Shown here piece by piece: positions 51,015-64,000 of a DNA stretch of 64,000 bases; position 1 is the first letter of the stretch; every line of letters begins with the position of its first letter. The notes beneath the pieces were generated by a model. The model saw only the letters and a list, made by a program, of their open reading frames with translations. It searched no databases and had not been told where the DNA came from. The stretch comes from Octopus sinensis (taxonomy: Eukaryota), in contig NC_043011.1 in assembly GCF_006345805.1 (NCBI RefSeq), positions 8,308,001 through 8,372,000 of the forward strand, in the 5' to 3' direction. The position numbers and the translations under genes are program-made.

Positions 51015-51262
51015 GCGTCCTTTTAAAGCCTAGCCAGGCTCATGGGCCCGGTTTACCGGTTTCAGTGGCGTATGTGTTCCCCAGCTGGACGGGACGCCAG
51101 TCCATCGCAGCGTTACTCACTTTTGCCAGCTGAGTGGACTGGAGCAACGTGAAATGAAGTGTTGTACTCAAGAACACAACGCGTCGCCCGGTCCAGGAAT
51201 CGAAACCACAATCTTACGATCATGATGCTGACACCCTAACCACTAAGCCACGCGCCTCCACA
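51015..51262 (-). mobile_element. tRNA-derived SINE with CORE-like and V-like segments
   Basis: A box tggcttagtgg, B box ggtttcgattcc, gtgttcttgagtacaacactt, gcgatggactggcgtcccgtccag. Confidence 0.7.
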
Positions 51263-51271
51263 ACACACACA

Positions 51272-51335
<64 letters not shown>

Positions 51336-51409
51336 TTTATATGTATATATGTTATATATATAATATATATATATATTTTTATATATATTAATATTATATT
51401 ATGTATATA

Positions 51410-51451
<42 letters not shown>

Positions 51452-51900
51452 TTATATATACTTATATATATACATATATACATATTATACATATATACAT
51501 ATATAAAACATACACGCATGTACATCGATATGGGTTTTGGTGTTACAAGCCACACATAACAGCAGCGGTAGTAGCAGTGGCAGTTGTAGGATGAGTCGTA
51601 GCAGCAGTAGCAACGGCAGCAGCAGCAACATGTGTAATAGTGCTGGTGTCGATGGTGTTGCTGATGATGCTGATGATGATGGGGGCGGTGGCTGTGGCAG
51701 CGGTTAAGTTCGTCTCCGTGATGGAGTGGTGGTGGTGGTTTTGGTGGTGGTGGTGGTGGTAGTGGTGGTGTTGGTGGTGGTAGTGGTGGTGTTGGTGGTG
51801 TTGGTGGTGGTTTTGGTGGGGTTGGTGGTGGCGGCGGCGGCGGTGGTGGCGGCGGAGGCGGTGGTGGCTGTGGTGATGGTAATGGTGGTAGTGGTGGTGG

Positions 51901-52050
51901 TGCTGGTGCTGGTGATGGTAGTGGTGGTGGTGCTGGTGCTGGTGATGGTAGTGGTTGTGGTGCTGGTGCTGGTGATGGTAGTGGTGGTGGTGCTGGTGCT
52001 GGTGATGGTAGTGGTTGTGGTGCTGGTGCTGGTGATGGTAGTGGTGGTGG
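51901..52050. repeat. 30-bp minisatellite x5 with alternating variants
   Basis: tgctggtgctggtgatggtagtggt(g/t)gtgg. Confidence 0.95.
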
Positions 52051-52401
52051 TTACTGGTAGACAGTGCACAAGATGGGCGGGAGGGAGCGCTATGGAAAAA
52101 AATGTAAGCGAACAAGGTGTGAGAAATGAAAAAAATAAATGCAATACAAAAAATAACAAAGAGAAGAAAATAGAAAGTAATAAAGGTGTGAGGGGGGGAT
52201 CGCAGACGGCGGGGGTCGGTGAAGGTGGAATGACGATGGTGGTGGTGGTGGTGGTGGTGGTGGTGGTGTAGTGGAAGTGGTGGTATGAGTAATAGAGTGG
52301 ATGGGTGGACGACGTCAATGGGTGATAGTGGTGATGGTGGTGGTGGTGGTGCAGAGGTGATGGTGATGAAGAGGGTGGGCGAGGTCAATTTTACAGTGAG
52401 G

Positions 52402-52437
<36 letters not shown>

Positions 52438-52574
52438 TGGTTGATGAGCTGGTCGGTGATTCAATGAGAAGGAAAAGGAAAGAACTAGAGTCAAAGAGAA
52501 AGAGTGAGAAAGAGGCGAGTAGAGAGAGGGTGAGTGAGAGGTGTTGCCAAACAGAAAGAGAGGCAGCAAGAGGG

Positions 52575-52612
<38 letters not shown>

Positions 52613-53105
52613 CCAATGCTAAATGGTATGACAGAATAAAATACTTAAAGGAATGCAGTTTCACAGGTTTTTTTTCAAATGGTCTCTTTGCCTTCGTTAC
52701 ACACATACAAACACACACACACACACACACACACTCGAATACACACACCACCACACACACACACACACACAAACACAAATACACACACACACACAAACAC
52801 ACACACATATATACATAGATATACACGCATACATAGATGCACGAACTCAGAAGCATGGACACATACGAACACATTCCTACACACCCATTATATATATATA
52901 TATATATAGTAGAAGAAATAGCTAAGGTTCTTTGGCTGCTATTTCTACAGTTCGGTATGTGGCGAAGCACATTTTTGCTGAACCTTAATTATAATTATAA
53001 AATATTGCTTAAGTTTACCGTAAATGGTCCCTTTAACATGCCGAGTACTACCTGGTGGAATTATTAATTACTAGTTAATTAATTAATTTAACCCTTTATT
53101 ATTCT

Positions 53106-53138
<33 letters not shown>

Positions 53139-53142
<4 letters not shown>

Positions 53143-53328
53143 CGCATGAGTGGCTATAGGCGCATGAGTGGTTATAGGCGCAGGAGTGACTATGTGCTTA
53201 CCGACCATATGGTTCCGGGTTCAGTCCCACTGCGTGGCATCTTGGAAAAGTGTCTTCTGTAATAACCCCGGACCGACCAATGCCTTGTGAGTGGATTGGT
53301 AGACGGAAACAGAAAGAAGCCTGTCGTG

Positions 53329-53371
<43 letters not shown>

Positions 53372-53586
53372 AAATGTTTGTGTGTCTGTGTTTGACCCCC
53401 TAGCATTGCTTGACAACCGATGCTGGTGTGTTTACGTCCCCGTCACTTAGCGGTTCGGCAAAAGAGACCGATAGAATAAGTACTGGGCTTACAAAGAATA
53501 AGTCCCGGGGTCGATTTGCTCAAACTAAAGGCGGTGCTTCAGCATGGCCGCAGTCAAATGACTGAAACAAGTAAAAGAGTAAAAGA

Positions 53587-53588
<2 letters not shown>
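53139..53588 (+). mobile_element. SINE family A, full length, 18-nt head triplication
   Basis: ggcgcatgagtgg.tata repeated before the head; tail nearly identical to the 14294 copy. Confidence 0.85.
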
Positions 53589-53623
<35 letters not shown>

Positions 53624-53722
53624 TAAAACGGTAAGATAACAAAAGATAGAAAGAGACCTCAATATTATGTAAATAGAGGAAAGTTATCTATAAAATAATA
53701 TGTTACATTACTCGATAGACAA

Positions 53723-53783
53723 GATAAAACTCTGAGTTTCAGATGCCGAAGTGGGAATCCACAACGCCATCTCTTCGGTTATC
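53723..53783 (-). ncRNA. Type I HHR motif with U4C change
   Basis: GAUAA-CCGAAGA-GAUG(..GUGG AUUC CCAC..)CAUC-U-GAAAC-UCAGA-GUU-UUAUC. Confidence 0.55.
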
Positions 53784-54349
53784 TGGCTATTTGAAAACGC
53801 TATGAAAAAATACCGTTATACAAAGGGAAATTACTGTGTTATATCTCTGCTTGCCTGCGTACTTATACATCGCTATGTAAACGTACACATCTTCACTCGC
53901 ATTTTTCGCCATAAAAAATTATATAAAATACATAAAAAGTATATAAAAAATATATAAAAAATATACATAACATATATATAAAATATATGATAGAAGGTAT
54001 GATGAGATAAAAAAAACCTCTTGGGATATAACATAGAAAGCATGTTCTATCTGTTTTCTTTAGGGGACCAAAAACGTAACAGAATTTTAGTCACATATGG
54101 GCATGAACCGAAAAGTTCTGTCATTGAGATTAGACATGTAGTAGGGTCTAAGCTGCTTTTCCAGATAAGCCATCTCTCCATGTCGCATAGACCGCACCTT
54201 CCGCTGCCGTTGGTATAGGGCTTCATTTGGCCAAATCTTCCTATGTATGTTATATCGACACCTTTATCCTCTTATGACCAAATATGATTAGATAATTATA
54301 TATATATATGTATATAATATATATATTATATATATATATATATATATAT

Positions 54350-54618
54350 GGAGGCGCAATGGCCCAGTGGTCGGAGGATCGCGGTTTCGATTCCAGACCG
54401 GGCGTTGTGTGTGTTTATTGAGCGAAAACACCTAAAAGCTCCACGAAGCTCCGGCAGGGGTGGTGATCCCTGCTGTACTCTTTCACCACTCTTTCTTCTG
54501 TTGGCCTGCTCGCTTAGCCAGCGGGGTGGCGTCGTTCGAAGGCTAAAACAATGCGAACGCATTGTGACCAGCGACGTGTAGCAACATCTGATGGTCTGGT
54601 CGGTCACGTGATCACGTG
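54350..54618 (+). mobile_element. tRNA-derived SINE family B
   Basis: Homologous to 22408-22698. Confidence 0.8.
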
Positions 54619-54672
54619 ATATATATATATATATACATATACACGCACTCACATATAATTTAAAATGTATGA

Positions 54673-54703
<31 letters not shown>

Positions 54704-54713
54704 AAACAAATGA

Positions 54714-54898
54714 AAAATGCATTAACTACTAAAAACGTACGCATTGGACAGACGCAGGAGGACCCTAAATCTTCATCCGTTATCGACCAAAGGTACGAAA
54801 CAGTGTATTAGTAGTATTTCGGTCGATAACTGATGAAGACTTAGGGTCCGTCTGTTTGTGTTGTATGCGTACGTTTTTTAATATTTAATGCATTATTC
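54714..54898. mobile_element. Small foldback element containing a CUGAUGA box
   Basis: ggaccctaaatcttcatccgttatcgacc versus ggtcgataactgatgaagacttagggtcc. Confidence 0.7.
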
Positions 54899-54932
54899 AT
54901 TTATTCAGTAAGAGAACGTCACGCATCCCGAC

Positions 54933-54981
<49 letters not shown>

Positions 54982-54984
54982 ACC

Positions 54985-55110
54985 GCGTGTGTATCGTTGG
55001 CGATTTTTTTCCTCCGTCTTCCATTCCTTGGATCTTTCCTTTTCCTATGTCTCTGACCAAGACCTCCGCTCGAAACGTTAAATCCTCCTTCTTTATTTCC
55101 TTGCCTGAGC
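54985..55110 (+). mobile_element. Degenerate PLE terminus with HHR-like motif
   Basis: gtctctgaccaagacctccgctcgaaacgttaaa...cctgagcgtccaataataca then (TA)n. Confidence 0.5.
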
Positions 55111-55160
55111 GTCCAATAATACATATATATGTATATGTATATGTATACATATACGTATAC

Positions 55161-55204
<44 letters not shown>

Positions 55205-55465
55205 CATAAGGATTAATGTGTGCATTGTCCGTTTATTGGAAACTCCTATAGTGGCTGAAGATTGCTCGACATTTTAAAACTGATGTAATACTTACAGTGT
55301 TTAATAAAATGAAGTAGCATGAAACAATTGTACTACACTACCTTGGATATCCTTGTTGCTTATTTTGATTATAATCACCCTACTTGATTTATATGGATAA
55401 TACCATACAAATCTGGTGCCTTTAACTTAAGTACCATTTCATCTGAATCTAAATTTTGCTGAACT

Positions 55466-55501
<36 letters not shown>

Positions 55502-55814
55502 ATATATAAGTATGTATGTATGTATGTATGTATGTATGTATGTATGTATGTATGTATGTATGTATGTATGTATATATGTGTATGTCTATGTATCATTTAT
55601 ATATGTATATATAAATATTTATAACGGAGGGTGAAAAATTGATATTAATTTAATAATACCATTAATTTAACACCGAGTGGCTTAGCACAAGAAACTACGG
55701 AGAAAATACAAATTTATACATAAATTATTAGAGAGTTAACCCTCTAATAATTTATGTATATATATATATATATATGTGTGTGTGTTTGAGTGTGCATTCA
55801 TATATTCTTTTCAA

Positions 55815-55975
55815 TTCTACTCTAGGCACAAGTCCAGAAATTTTGGGGAGGGGGCCAGTCGATTAGATAGACCCCACTACGCAACTGGTACTTAATTTAT
55901 CGAAAGGATGAAAGGCAAAGTCGACCTCGGCGGAATTTGAACTCAGAACGATATACCACTAAGCATTTCGCCTGC
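55815..55975 (-). mobile_element. Family C SINE fragment
   Basis: gaaaggatgaaaggcaaagtcgacctcggcggaatttgaactcagaacg. Confidence 0.7.
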
Positions 55976-56454
55976 CTTTGTGTACTCATATATTGATACA
56001 TATAGGCATTTATACACTCATGTTCATACGCATTCAGGCATATATACTTGCACAGAGACAGGCATAATACATACAGAAACGCATACGTGCATACATGCAT
56101 ACAAGCATGCATAGATGCACACATGCGTACATGAATGTATACATTCATGTATATACAAGTGGTGGAACACAATCAGTCTCGTTGTATTCAGAGCCATACA
56201 TAATTGTATTCCAGTGATATTTATTATGACTTTCTGGGCAAAAACTCTGAAGGTCTAAGTTTATGCTTCGCTATGGAGGTCAGAATAGGGATGAAACATG
56301 TCAAAAATTATATCCCGTAAATGCTGGAAAAGTATAAATAATATGAGGCCAACGGCAAGAGTCCTGTTCACCGCGTACATGAGGCTTTATTTTCTGTCAT
56401 CCGAGAATAGCGCGCATCACTAATAGATTTATTTGCTGAATTTCTAAACAAGGC

Positions 56455-56875
56455 ACAGGCGTGGTTGTGTAGCTCCGAGTTCAGTCCCACTGCATGGTAT
56501 CTCGTTCATCTATCTTCTACTATGGCCTCTGGCCAACAAAAGCCTTGTGCATGGGTTTGGTAGAGAGAAACCGAAAGAAGCTCATCTGCGGTGTGATTTT
56601 TTCAGTTACATCACGTCTTGGTTAATTAGTCATACTTTTGCTGGTGACCTGAATATCCCCTTGAGGAGTCACCAGGTGAAGTGAATGAATTGTAAACAAT
56701 GGCGCAGGTGTAGCTGTGTGGTAAGAATCTAGCTTCCCAACCACACCGCTCCGGGTTCAGTCCCACTGCATAGCACCTTGGGCAAGTGTCTTCTACTATA
56801 GGCTCAGACTGACAAAGAGATTTATGAGTGAATTTGGAAGACGGAAACGGAAAGAAGCCCGTCGTATATATATAT

Positions 56876-56929
<54 letters not shown>

Positions 56930-57151
56930 TGCATCAATGTACTTGTATATCTGTTTGTCCCCCACCATCACTTGACAACCGACGTTGGTATGTTTACGTC
57001 CCTGTAACAATAGCAGTTCGGCAAAAGAGACCGATTGAATAAATGCTTGGCTTACAAAGAATGTCTTGGGGTCGATTTGTTCGACTTCAGGCGGTGTTCC
57101 AGCATGGCCATAGTCAAATGACTGAAACCAAAAAAAAAAAGGAATGGTGAA

Positions 57152-57212
<61 letters not shown>

Positions 57213-57555
57213 CACGTGTGTTGTTGGTTATGTATACTTGGTAGGATTTTGTCTTTCTGTTTTCTCGCTGAACACTTATATGTCGGTTTTAATGGAAGAG
57301 TCCACTATAAATATGTGTGTGTACGTGTGTATCTGTGTCTATATTTTTCCACCCCACCACCACTTGACGACCGGAATTGTTATACTTACGTCGCTGTAAC
57401 CTAGCGGTTCGGCAAAGTGCCCGATAGAATAAAAATCAAGCTTTAAAAAAATTAAGTATTGGCGTCGATTCATTCGACTGAAAGTCATCAAGATGACTCC
57501 CCAGCATGGCCACTGTCTGATGACTAAAAGAAGTAAAAGATAAAAGTTAAAAGAT
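56455..57555 (+). mobile_element. Cluster of SINE family A pieces (head 56455, full copy 56701-57130, tail 57345-57555)
   Basis: Family A head and tail motifs. Confidence 0.7.
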
Positions 57556-57859
57556 AAAGAGACACACACTCTTGTTAAATTCATTAGTCCGTGATGTGTT
57601 TGTCTGATGGGTAACAACCATGTCGAAACACCGGGTGGCTTAAGTCTCCCTTACTTATAATAACGAGTCGATTGTGCTCGTCTGAAAGAAGTTGTTCTTC
57701 AATGAAGAAACGATTAGCATATTCATGTTCGTATCTATTGCTTGACAATTGATGTTCGTGTACATACGTCCCCCGTATCTACGGAAATACTAGCAATGAA
57801 TATCTATGTGTATCGTAAAGATAATGTTACGTGGTTATTAATCGTATCTATTATAGGCA

Positions 57860-58880
57860 CAATCGTGAAATTTCGAGGGAAGGGCCAAGCCTATTTACAT
57901 CGACCCCAGTGTTCAACTGGTACTTATTTTAACGATCTCGAATGGATGAGAGATAAAGTCGACTTCGGCGGAATTCGAACTCAGAACATAAAGATTGATT
58001 AAATGCCGTAAGACATTCTTCCTGGCTTGCTAACGATTCTGGCAGCTGGCAGCCATTACATTATTTACAGGGTTTGCCAAAAGTCACTGACAGTAAATCA
58101 AAACCATTTAATTCCAAGATTTATTTAAGTTTAACAACTGAATGAATTTAATAAAAGCATCTAAATATGAAACATCATGAAAATTGTTCAAGCTTAAGTC
58201 CTTCTTCAGCGACACATTTTCCCCCCAAAATAAATAAAATTGAATTTTAAGCATTTATGGAATTTTGATTTACTGTCGAGTGACTTATGGTGAACCCCGT
58301 ATATTATAATAATCCTTTCTAATATTAGCTCAGGCCTGAAATTTTTTGGGAGGCGGGCAGTCGAGTAGATCGACCCCAGTACGTAACTGGCACTTATTTA
58401 ATCGACCCCGAAATGATGAAAGGCAAAGTCGACCTTGGTGGAATTTGAACTCAGAACGTAAAGACAGACGAAATACCTATTTCTTTACTACCCACAAGGG
58501 GCTAAACACAGAGAGGACAAACAAGGACACACAAACAGATTAAGTCGATTTTATCTACCCCAGTGCGTAACTGGTACTTAATTAATCGACCCCGAAAGGG
58601 TGAAAGGTAAAGTCGACCTCGGCAGAATTTGAATTTAGAACGTAAAGACAGACGAAATTCTGCTAAGCATTTCGTCCGGCGTGCTAACGTTTCTGCCAGC
58701 TCGCCGCCTTTGGGTATTTTAATAATATCGGTACACATGTCCTGTGTATGACTTTAAACCGCTTCCGGTAGTTAGGCCCTGATTCTGGACTTCCAGAATT
58801 TTATGGAGTGGAAAAATCACTTCTTAGCCGATCTCATATTTCTTCCGGTGTGCTAATGATTCCGCCAGCTCGCCGCCTTA
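57860..58880 (-). mobile_element. Cluster of family C SINEs
   Basis: Repeated aaagtcgacc(t)cggc(a/g)gaattt and ctgccagctcgccgcctt. Confidence 0.75.
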
Positions 58881-58975
58881 TTAAGTAATATGATTTTTAT
58901 ACCGTTATTTTTCACCACATATTTCTTTCGAGTAAGTCTTTGTCATGCTCTATTTATCAAATAAATCGGTACTAG

Positions 58976-59137
58976 GGGCAGGAGTAGCTGAGTGGTAAGT
59001 AGCTTGCTTACCAACCACATGGTTCCGGGTGCATTCCCACTGCGTGTCACCTTGGGCAAGTATCTTCTACTATTGCCTCGGGCCGAACAAAACCTTGTGA
59101 TTGGATTTGGTAAAGAGAAACTGAAAGAAGCCTGTCG

Positions 59138-59199
<62 letters not shown>

Positions 59200-59455
59200 T
59201 GCGTTTGTCCCCCCACCACCATTGCTTGACAACTAATGTTCGTGTATTTATGTACCCGTTATCTAACGGTTCGACAAAAGAGAACCGATAGAATAAGTAC
59301 CAAGCTTACAAAATATAGGTCCTGGGGCCGATTTGTTCGACTAAAAGCGGGGTCGATAAATTAAGCACCTGTTGCGTACAGGGGTCGATCTAATCGACTG
59401 GCGTCCGCTCCCCCAGAGTTTTGGGCCTTGTGCCTAGAGTAGAAAAGAATATTAC
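58976..59455 (+). mobile_element. SINE family A fused to a family C tail
   Basis: Family A head and tail run into ggggtcgataaattaagcacc..ggggtcgatctaatcgactg. Confidence 0.7.
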
Positions 59456-59929
59456 AGTTAAATTAAAATTTGATTTTCGAGTATCGTCTGCGAGAGGCTC
59501 GTTCCTTTAACATTTTATTCATTTTCTCCGTTCTTCAGAGTCAAAACATTTCACACCCCAATAATTATTGATAATCTACGAAGCTCAGATGACTCCTCAC
59601 AATGGAAGATTGATCACACTTCTGGAACGATGCTGCAGCACATATAGGGATTCGACCGATAACCTCATCTAGATAAGGGACACCGACTGACTCACATTAA
59701 GTCATTTAAAGATACACTCTAACCCCAAACTCAAAGCGCACTGGTCCTCTCCCTTCCTCTTATAGCACTGCTATAATGGCCGCTCTTTCCCGCCTTTCTC
59801 TCTTCCTCTTCCTCTCTTTCTCTCTCTCTCTCACTGCTAGTTTTCATGCAACCAACCGGCCTATCCCTGTCTCCTCTTTGCTCTTTTGCAAGATTATCAG
59901 ATCTGAATCCTCTCTACACTGAAATCGAC

Positions 59930-60200
59930 TTTTGTTTTTACGTTTATGCATTTGTTTTGCATGACTTCTGATGCGAAAACATGCTTTAAAACAGATATTG
60001 TTATATTTCGGGACGGTCATTTTTTTTTTTTTGGCAAAATTGTATATTCGTTCTTCACTTCAGCTTTATTATTGTTCTTATTTCATGTCCTTCGTCTGGA
60101 AATCTTTCGTCACATTCCCTGTGACTTCTTCAGTGACTCTTCATCCCACGTGTCCCTTGTTATGTTTAGTCCATTCTGGGACTACCTAGAGGTCACAGAT
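59930..60200 (-). mobile_element. GUCAC HHR family repeat, degenerate
   Basis: Minus strand CUGAAGA-A-GUCAC(AGGGAAU)GUGAC-GAAAGAUUUC. Confidence 0.65.
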
Positions 60201-60249
60201 GTTTGACGAAGAATTCAGACAAACGACACTAAAATAAGAATAATACACA

Positions 60250-60285
60250 CACGTACATACATACATACATACATGCATACATACA

Positions 60286-60319
<34 letters not shown>

Positions 60320-60700
60320 CATACATACATACATACATAAGTACATACATACATACATATCATACATCACACGTACATACATACATACGTCTACGTACAT
60401 CATCATACATACATACATATAACATACATTCATACATACATACATACCTACATACTACATACATCATACATACATACATACATACATGCATACATACATA
60501 CATACATATATACATACAGACATACATACATACACACGTACATACAATACATACAATACATACATACATACATACATACATACAATACATACATACATAC
60601 ATACATACGTACATATATACATACATACACACATACATACATACATACATACACACGTACATACATACATACATACATACATACATACATACATACATGT
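60250..60700. repeat. (TACA)n array
   Basis: Directly visible. Confidence 0.95.
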
Positions 60701-60757
60701 GTGTGGGTAGGTGTGAATGTGTGTGCGCGCTGAAGAATCAACATTACCAATGCTTAC

Positions 60758-60839
60758 CATTATTTTAGTCATTAAATCAAAATTCCATGGAAGTCCTCTA
60801 TGATCTCCCATGTTTCCGGAGTCAATAAACTAAATCCCG
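60758..60839 (-). other. Candidate exon with ATG (MGDHRGLPWNFDLMTKIM)
   Basis: tactttag acceptor, AACATGG context, ATG|gtaagc donor; no family recognised. Confidence 0.25.
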
Positions 60840-62023
60840 CTAAAGTACTCCGGAAAATTACGTCGCAAAACGTGTCATTGTTCTCATGAGAGAAATCAAT
60901 ATTAAGTTTTTATATATAACAATATATCTAAAGTGAAGATCGATTAAATAATTCGTTTATTTGATAAGAAAAAAATTGACAATCCCGAAAAATACCAATG
61001 CTTTTCTTTTCTTACAAATGAAGTGAAACAAAGAGAATGGATTAAAATATAAATAATTCTAAATCACAGGCGCACTGTTCCTCTCCCTTCTTCTTGTACC
61101 ACTTCTATAATGGTCAATGTCCCCTCTCTCTCTAAATCTCCCCCTCCCTAAATCTTTTTCTAAATTTCTCTCTCCCTCTCTTTCTCTCTCTCCCTCTCTC
61201 TCTCTCCCTCTTCTCTCTCAACCACTTTTCATGCCACCTCAGCCCAGACATTACCGACCTATTCCTGTCTCCTCTTTTCGTCGCCATTGTTACGTGTTTT
61301 GGACACCACTGGTCACCATGTCCAGTCCTTCTTCCCTCTGAACATCAGGGTCCAAGAATTCTTTAAGACATCTCTGTCCAAGAATTCCTTTAGACATCAC
61401 TGCTCATTAAGTCCAGTCCATTTTCCCTCGGAACATCAAGGTCTAAGAATTTCCTTCCTGCTCAAATCTTTCTTGCGGGTGCTAAGAATTACAAAGATTC
61501 AACAGAAACGAACATTAATTATTCCCTTCAATCTCAGCATCAGTCGAGAAGGTAGAAGACATTTTTACAGAGCCATCTTGGAGTCATTTATCGATGAATT
61601 ATTTGACGTCAAAACATTCCAATGTTTTTCGCGTTCTCTCCCTTCCTCTCTCCCCCTCTCTCTCCTTCTCTCTCTCTCTCTCTACCTGTGTATCTCTCTT
61701 TCTCTGCTCACATGTTTCAGTATATTTCTCCTCATGTCTATGAGAAGGAAAGTCTTTTATTCCAGATATGTTCAACTTATGAATTGTAATGTTTCCCTGT
61801 CTCCCTCTCTCATTTTCCTCTCATTCCCCCTATTCCCTCTCCCCCTCTCCTCCTTTCATCTCACTCCCCCTCCTCTCTCTCTCCTTGTCTTCTTTTCCTT
61901 TCACTCCCCTCCTCTTTCACTCAATCTCTCCTTTTCCTCCTACTCCACCTCTTCTCTTCCTCTCTCCTTTTCCTCTAACTTCCCTCTTCTCTCTCTCTCC
62001 TCTCCCTTTCCTTTCTTTCTCTT

Positions 62024-62061
<38 letters not shown>

Positions 62062-63399
62062 TCTTTCTCTCTGTTTATGCGAGTGAGTGTATTTCCTTTT
62101 ATATGTATGAGGAAAAGGAAAGTGTTTATGTCAGACGTGTTCAGCCAATGAATTGTGTGTCATGTCTCTCTCCCCCGTTTCTCCCCACCCCACGCCCCAC
62201 TTTCTATCCTCCGTTTGGGGTTAATTGTACTACAGTAGCAAATCGTTATATTCCGCGGTCGCAATCAAGGAATACTTGCAAAGACCATGAGTTCTATCCC
62301 TCCCTCCAGGTGCATTAAGAAAAAAAAAGAATTCTTATGCATTTTTCGTATATTTCCCTATATGATTTTTCGCCGACACCAGAGCCAACGCCACAACCAT
62401 CACCACCATCATCACTACCACCACTACCAACAACAACTCCATACCCACACCACCACACAACCACCCTTATTCTCCTCCTGACTTTGTATTTTAGCATGTT
62501 AATTAATAGTTGAGTGAAAGTATATTCAGTGTAAACCGTATATTTATTCCTTCATTAGGTTTATAAATTAAATCTGCTTTCACCCACTTAACTATTGTTT
62601 ATTGTTTATCAAACAGCATTACTATCTTGCGTCTTTTAATTAGTTTTGGCTCACTGCCAAACGTCTGTTAGGAAGCATGTACATTACGATGCAACAACGC
62701 CAGAACTCGAGTCCACATCCTACGCAAACCTCTCTGTGCTTTGTGCCAACCAACGAAAAACTATGCAGTCAACTCGTTTGCTAGAAATAGCAGTAGATTT
62801 ATTCTCACACCACAATCTTATCCTTTTAAGTAGGTGTTCGATAATGTAGCTCGGGGTATATTCAAGAGCTAGTGACGAAAGGTCAAATTCTTCTTATATC
62901 GAAAACCGATCCTATAACGGCGTTAGATAACGTGGTCCGAGACTTGTTTAAAAGAGTAGGGATGCTAATGTCTGTATTTTACGTATATTTCTGATCGTCT
63001 AGTCAACAAGGAAGCTTTTATGTGGACAATCAGATTTCTAGAAATAGAAGGCAAGTTTCCCTCACGTCACAGTCCTACTTCATAACATGGTGCCAGATAA
63101 TGTAACTTGAAACATATTCCAAAGGGCGAGGTATCAGGGTGTAGAACCTACACACACCTCTGTCCTATCTTATGCACACCTCTAATCTTTGAACCAACTA
63201 TAGAACTTCTATGCAGTCGGCCAAATTGCTAGAACTAGCTGTAAAATTTCTTTCAACGGCTACACTCTTTTAGTAGTTGTTAGCTAGTGTAGCCCAGGAG
63301 ATATCTAAAAAAATGGGATAGTCACAAAAGGAATGTCTTTGATTTGGAAAAGGTGTCTAAACATGCGCATATGCATGTGTATAGATAGATAGATCAACA

Positions 63400-63442
63400 G
63401 ATGCACAGATCAATATATAGAAAGACAGACAGACAGACAGAC

Positions 63443-63497
<55 letters not shown>

Positions 63498-63605
63498 CAG
63501 ACAGACAAGCAGACAGACAGACAGACAGACAGACCGATAGATAGATAGATCGATAGATAGATAGATAGAGAGATAGAGAGAGAGAGAGAAAGAGAGAGAG
63601 TGAGA
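63400..63605. repeat. (GACA)n/(GATA)n/(GA)n array
   Basis: Directly visible. Confidence 0.95.
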
Positions 63606-63659
63606 GATAAGTATACACATATATACTTGTGTGTGCGCGCACGATTGTGAATAGACTAT

Positions 63660-63790
63660 TTTTCTTCTTTTCTCTAATATGCTTCCAACTTCTTTCAATC
63701 TTTCTTTCCGATGAAGTACTAATATCCGAAACGTTGAGACACTCCACACTCATTTTAATTTCTCAAGCATGGAACTAATACCACATTTGT
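63660..63790 (+). mobile_element. Degenerate PLE terminus with HHR-like remnant
   Basis: tttccgatgaagtactaatatccgaaacgttgagac. Confidence 0.4.
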
Positions 63791-64000
63791 CAAATATTTT
63801 TATGCTTCTTTGTTATTCTTCTTAATGTTTATTGATTTTATACTATGTATTATTTGTGTGTGTGTATGTGTGAGTGTGTGTGTGTGTATGTGTCTGTGTG
63901 TGTATGTGAGTATGCAATAAGTAGTAAAGAGTATCTTACTGTATTTTCTAAATCTGTCATAATGATACCCATTTCAAGTGTAATTATTAAATAATCTTAT

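Noticed and set aside
51180-51262. tRNA gene (also the heads at 22408 and 54350)
   Set aside because: A and B boxes are present but there is no cloverleaf or acceptor stem; these are SINE heads
61287-62318. 343-aa ORF
   Set aside because: Mostly (CT)n low-complexity translation with no domain
62700-63330. Two or three degenerate repeats containing ctatgcagtc...gctagaa.tagc
   Set aside because: Probably an old SINE family but too decayed to delimit

Overview
AT-rich, repeat-saturated animal genomic DNA, inferred from its SINE and microsatellite content to be an octopod cephalopod (Octopus-like). It has one 100-N gap (6409-6508) and no confidently identifiable host gene. Most ORF-track entries are translated microsatellites. 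Supportable content: (1) a degenerate, near-full-length Helitron (Rep + PIF1 helicase, eight 23-aa STPR-like N-terminal repeats), three non-autonomous Helitrons and one Helentron/HINE-type element; (2) a Neptune-type Penelope-like element (RT + GIY-YIG); (3) two large copies and one fragment of R4/Dong LINEs in (TAA)n arrays; (4) CR1-group, RTE and mariner fragments; (5) several tRNA-derived SINE families. The main observation is a dense, multi-family set of minimal type I hammerhead ribozyme (HHR) motifs with palindromic stem III. These include one fully canonical HHR (39658-39738, minus) and a palindrome whose two HHRs carry a G3:C8 swap of the C3:G8 core pair (38387-38523). Four clear and four partial foldback elements all have their motifs pointing outward from the centre, and many lie next to (TA)n. 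All folds were read by eye and none was computed or tested. Most repeat boundaries are approximate.
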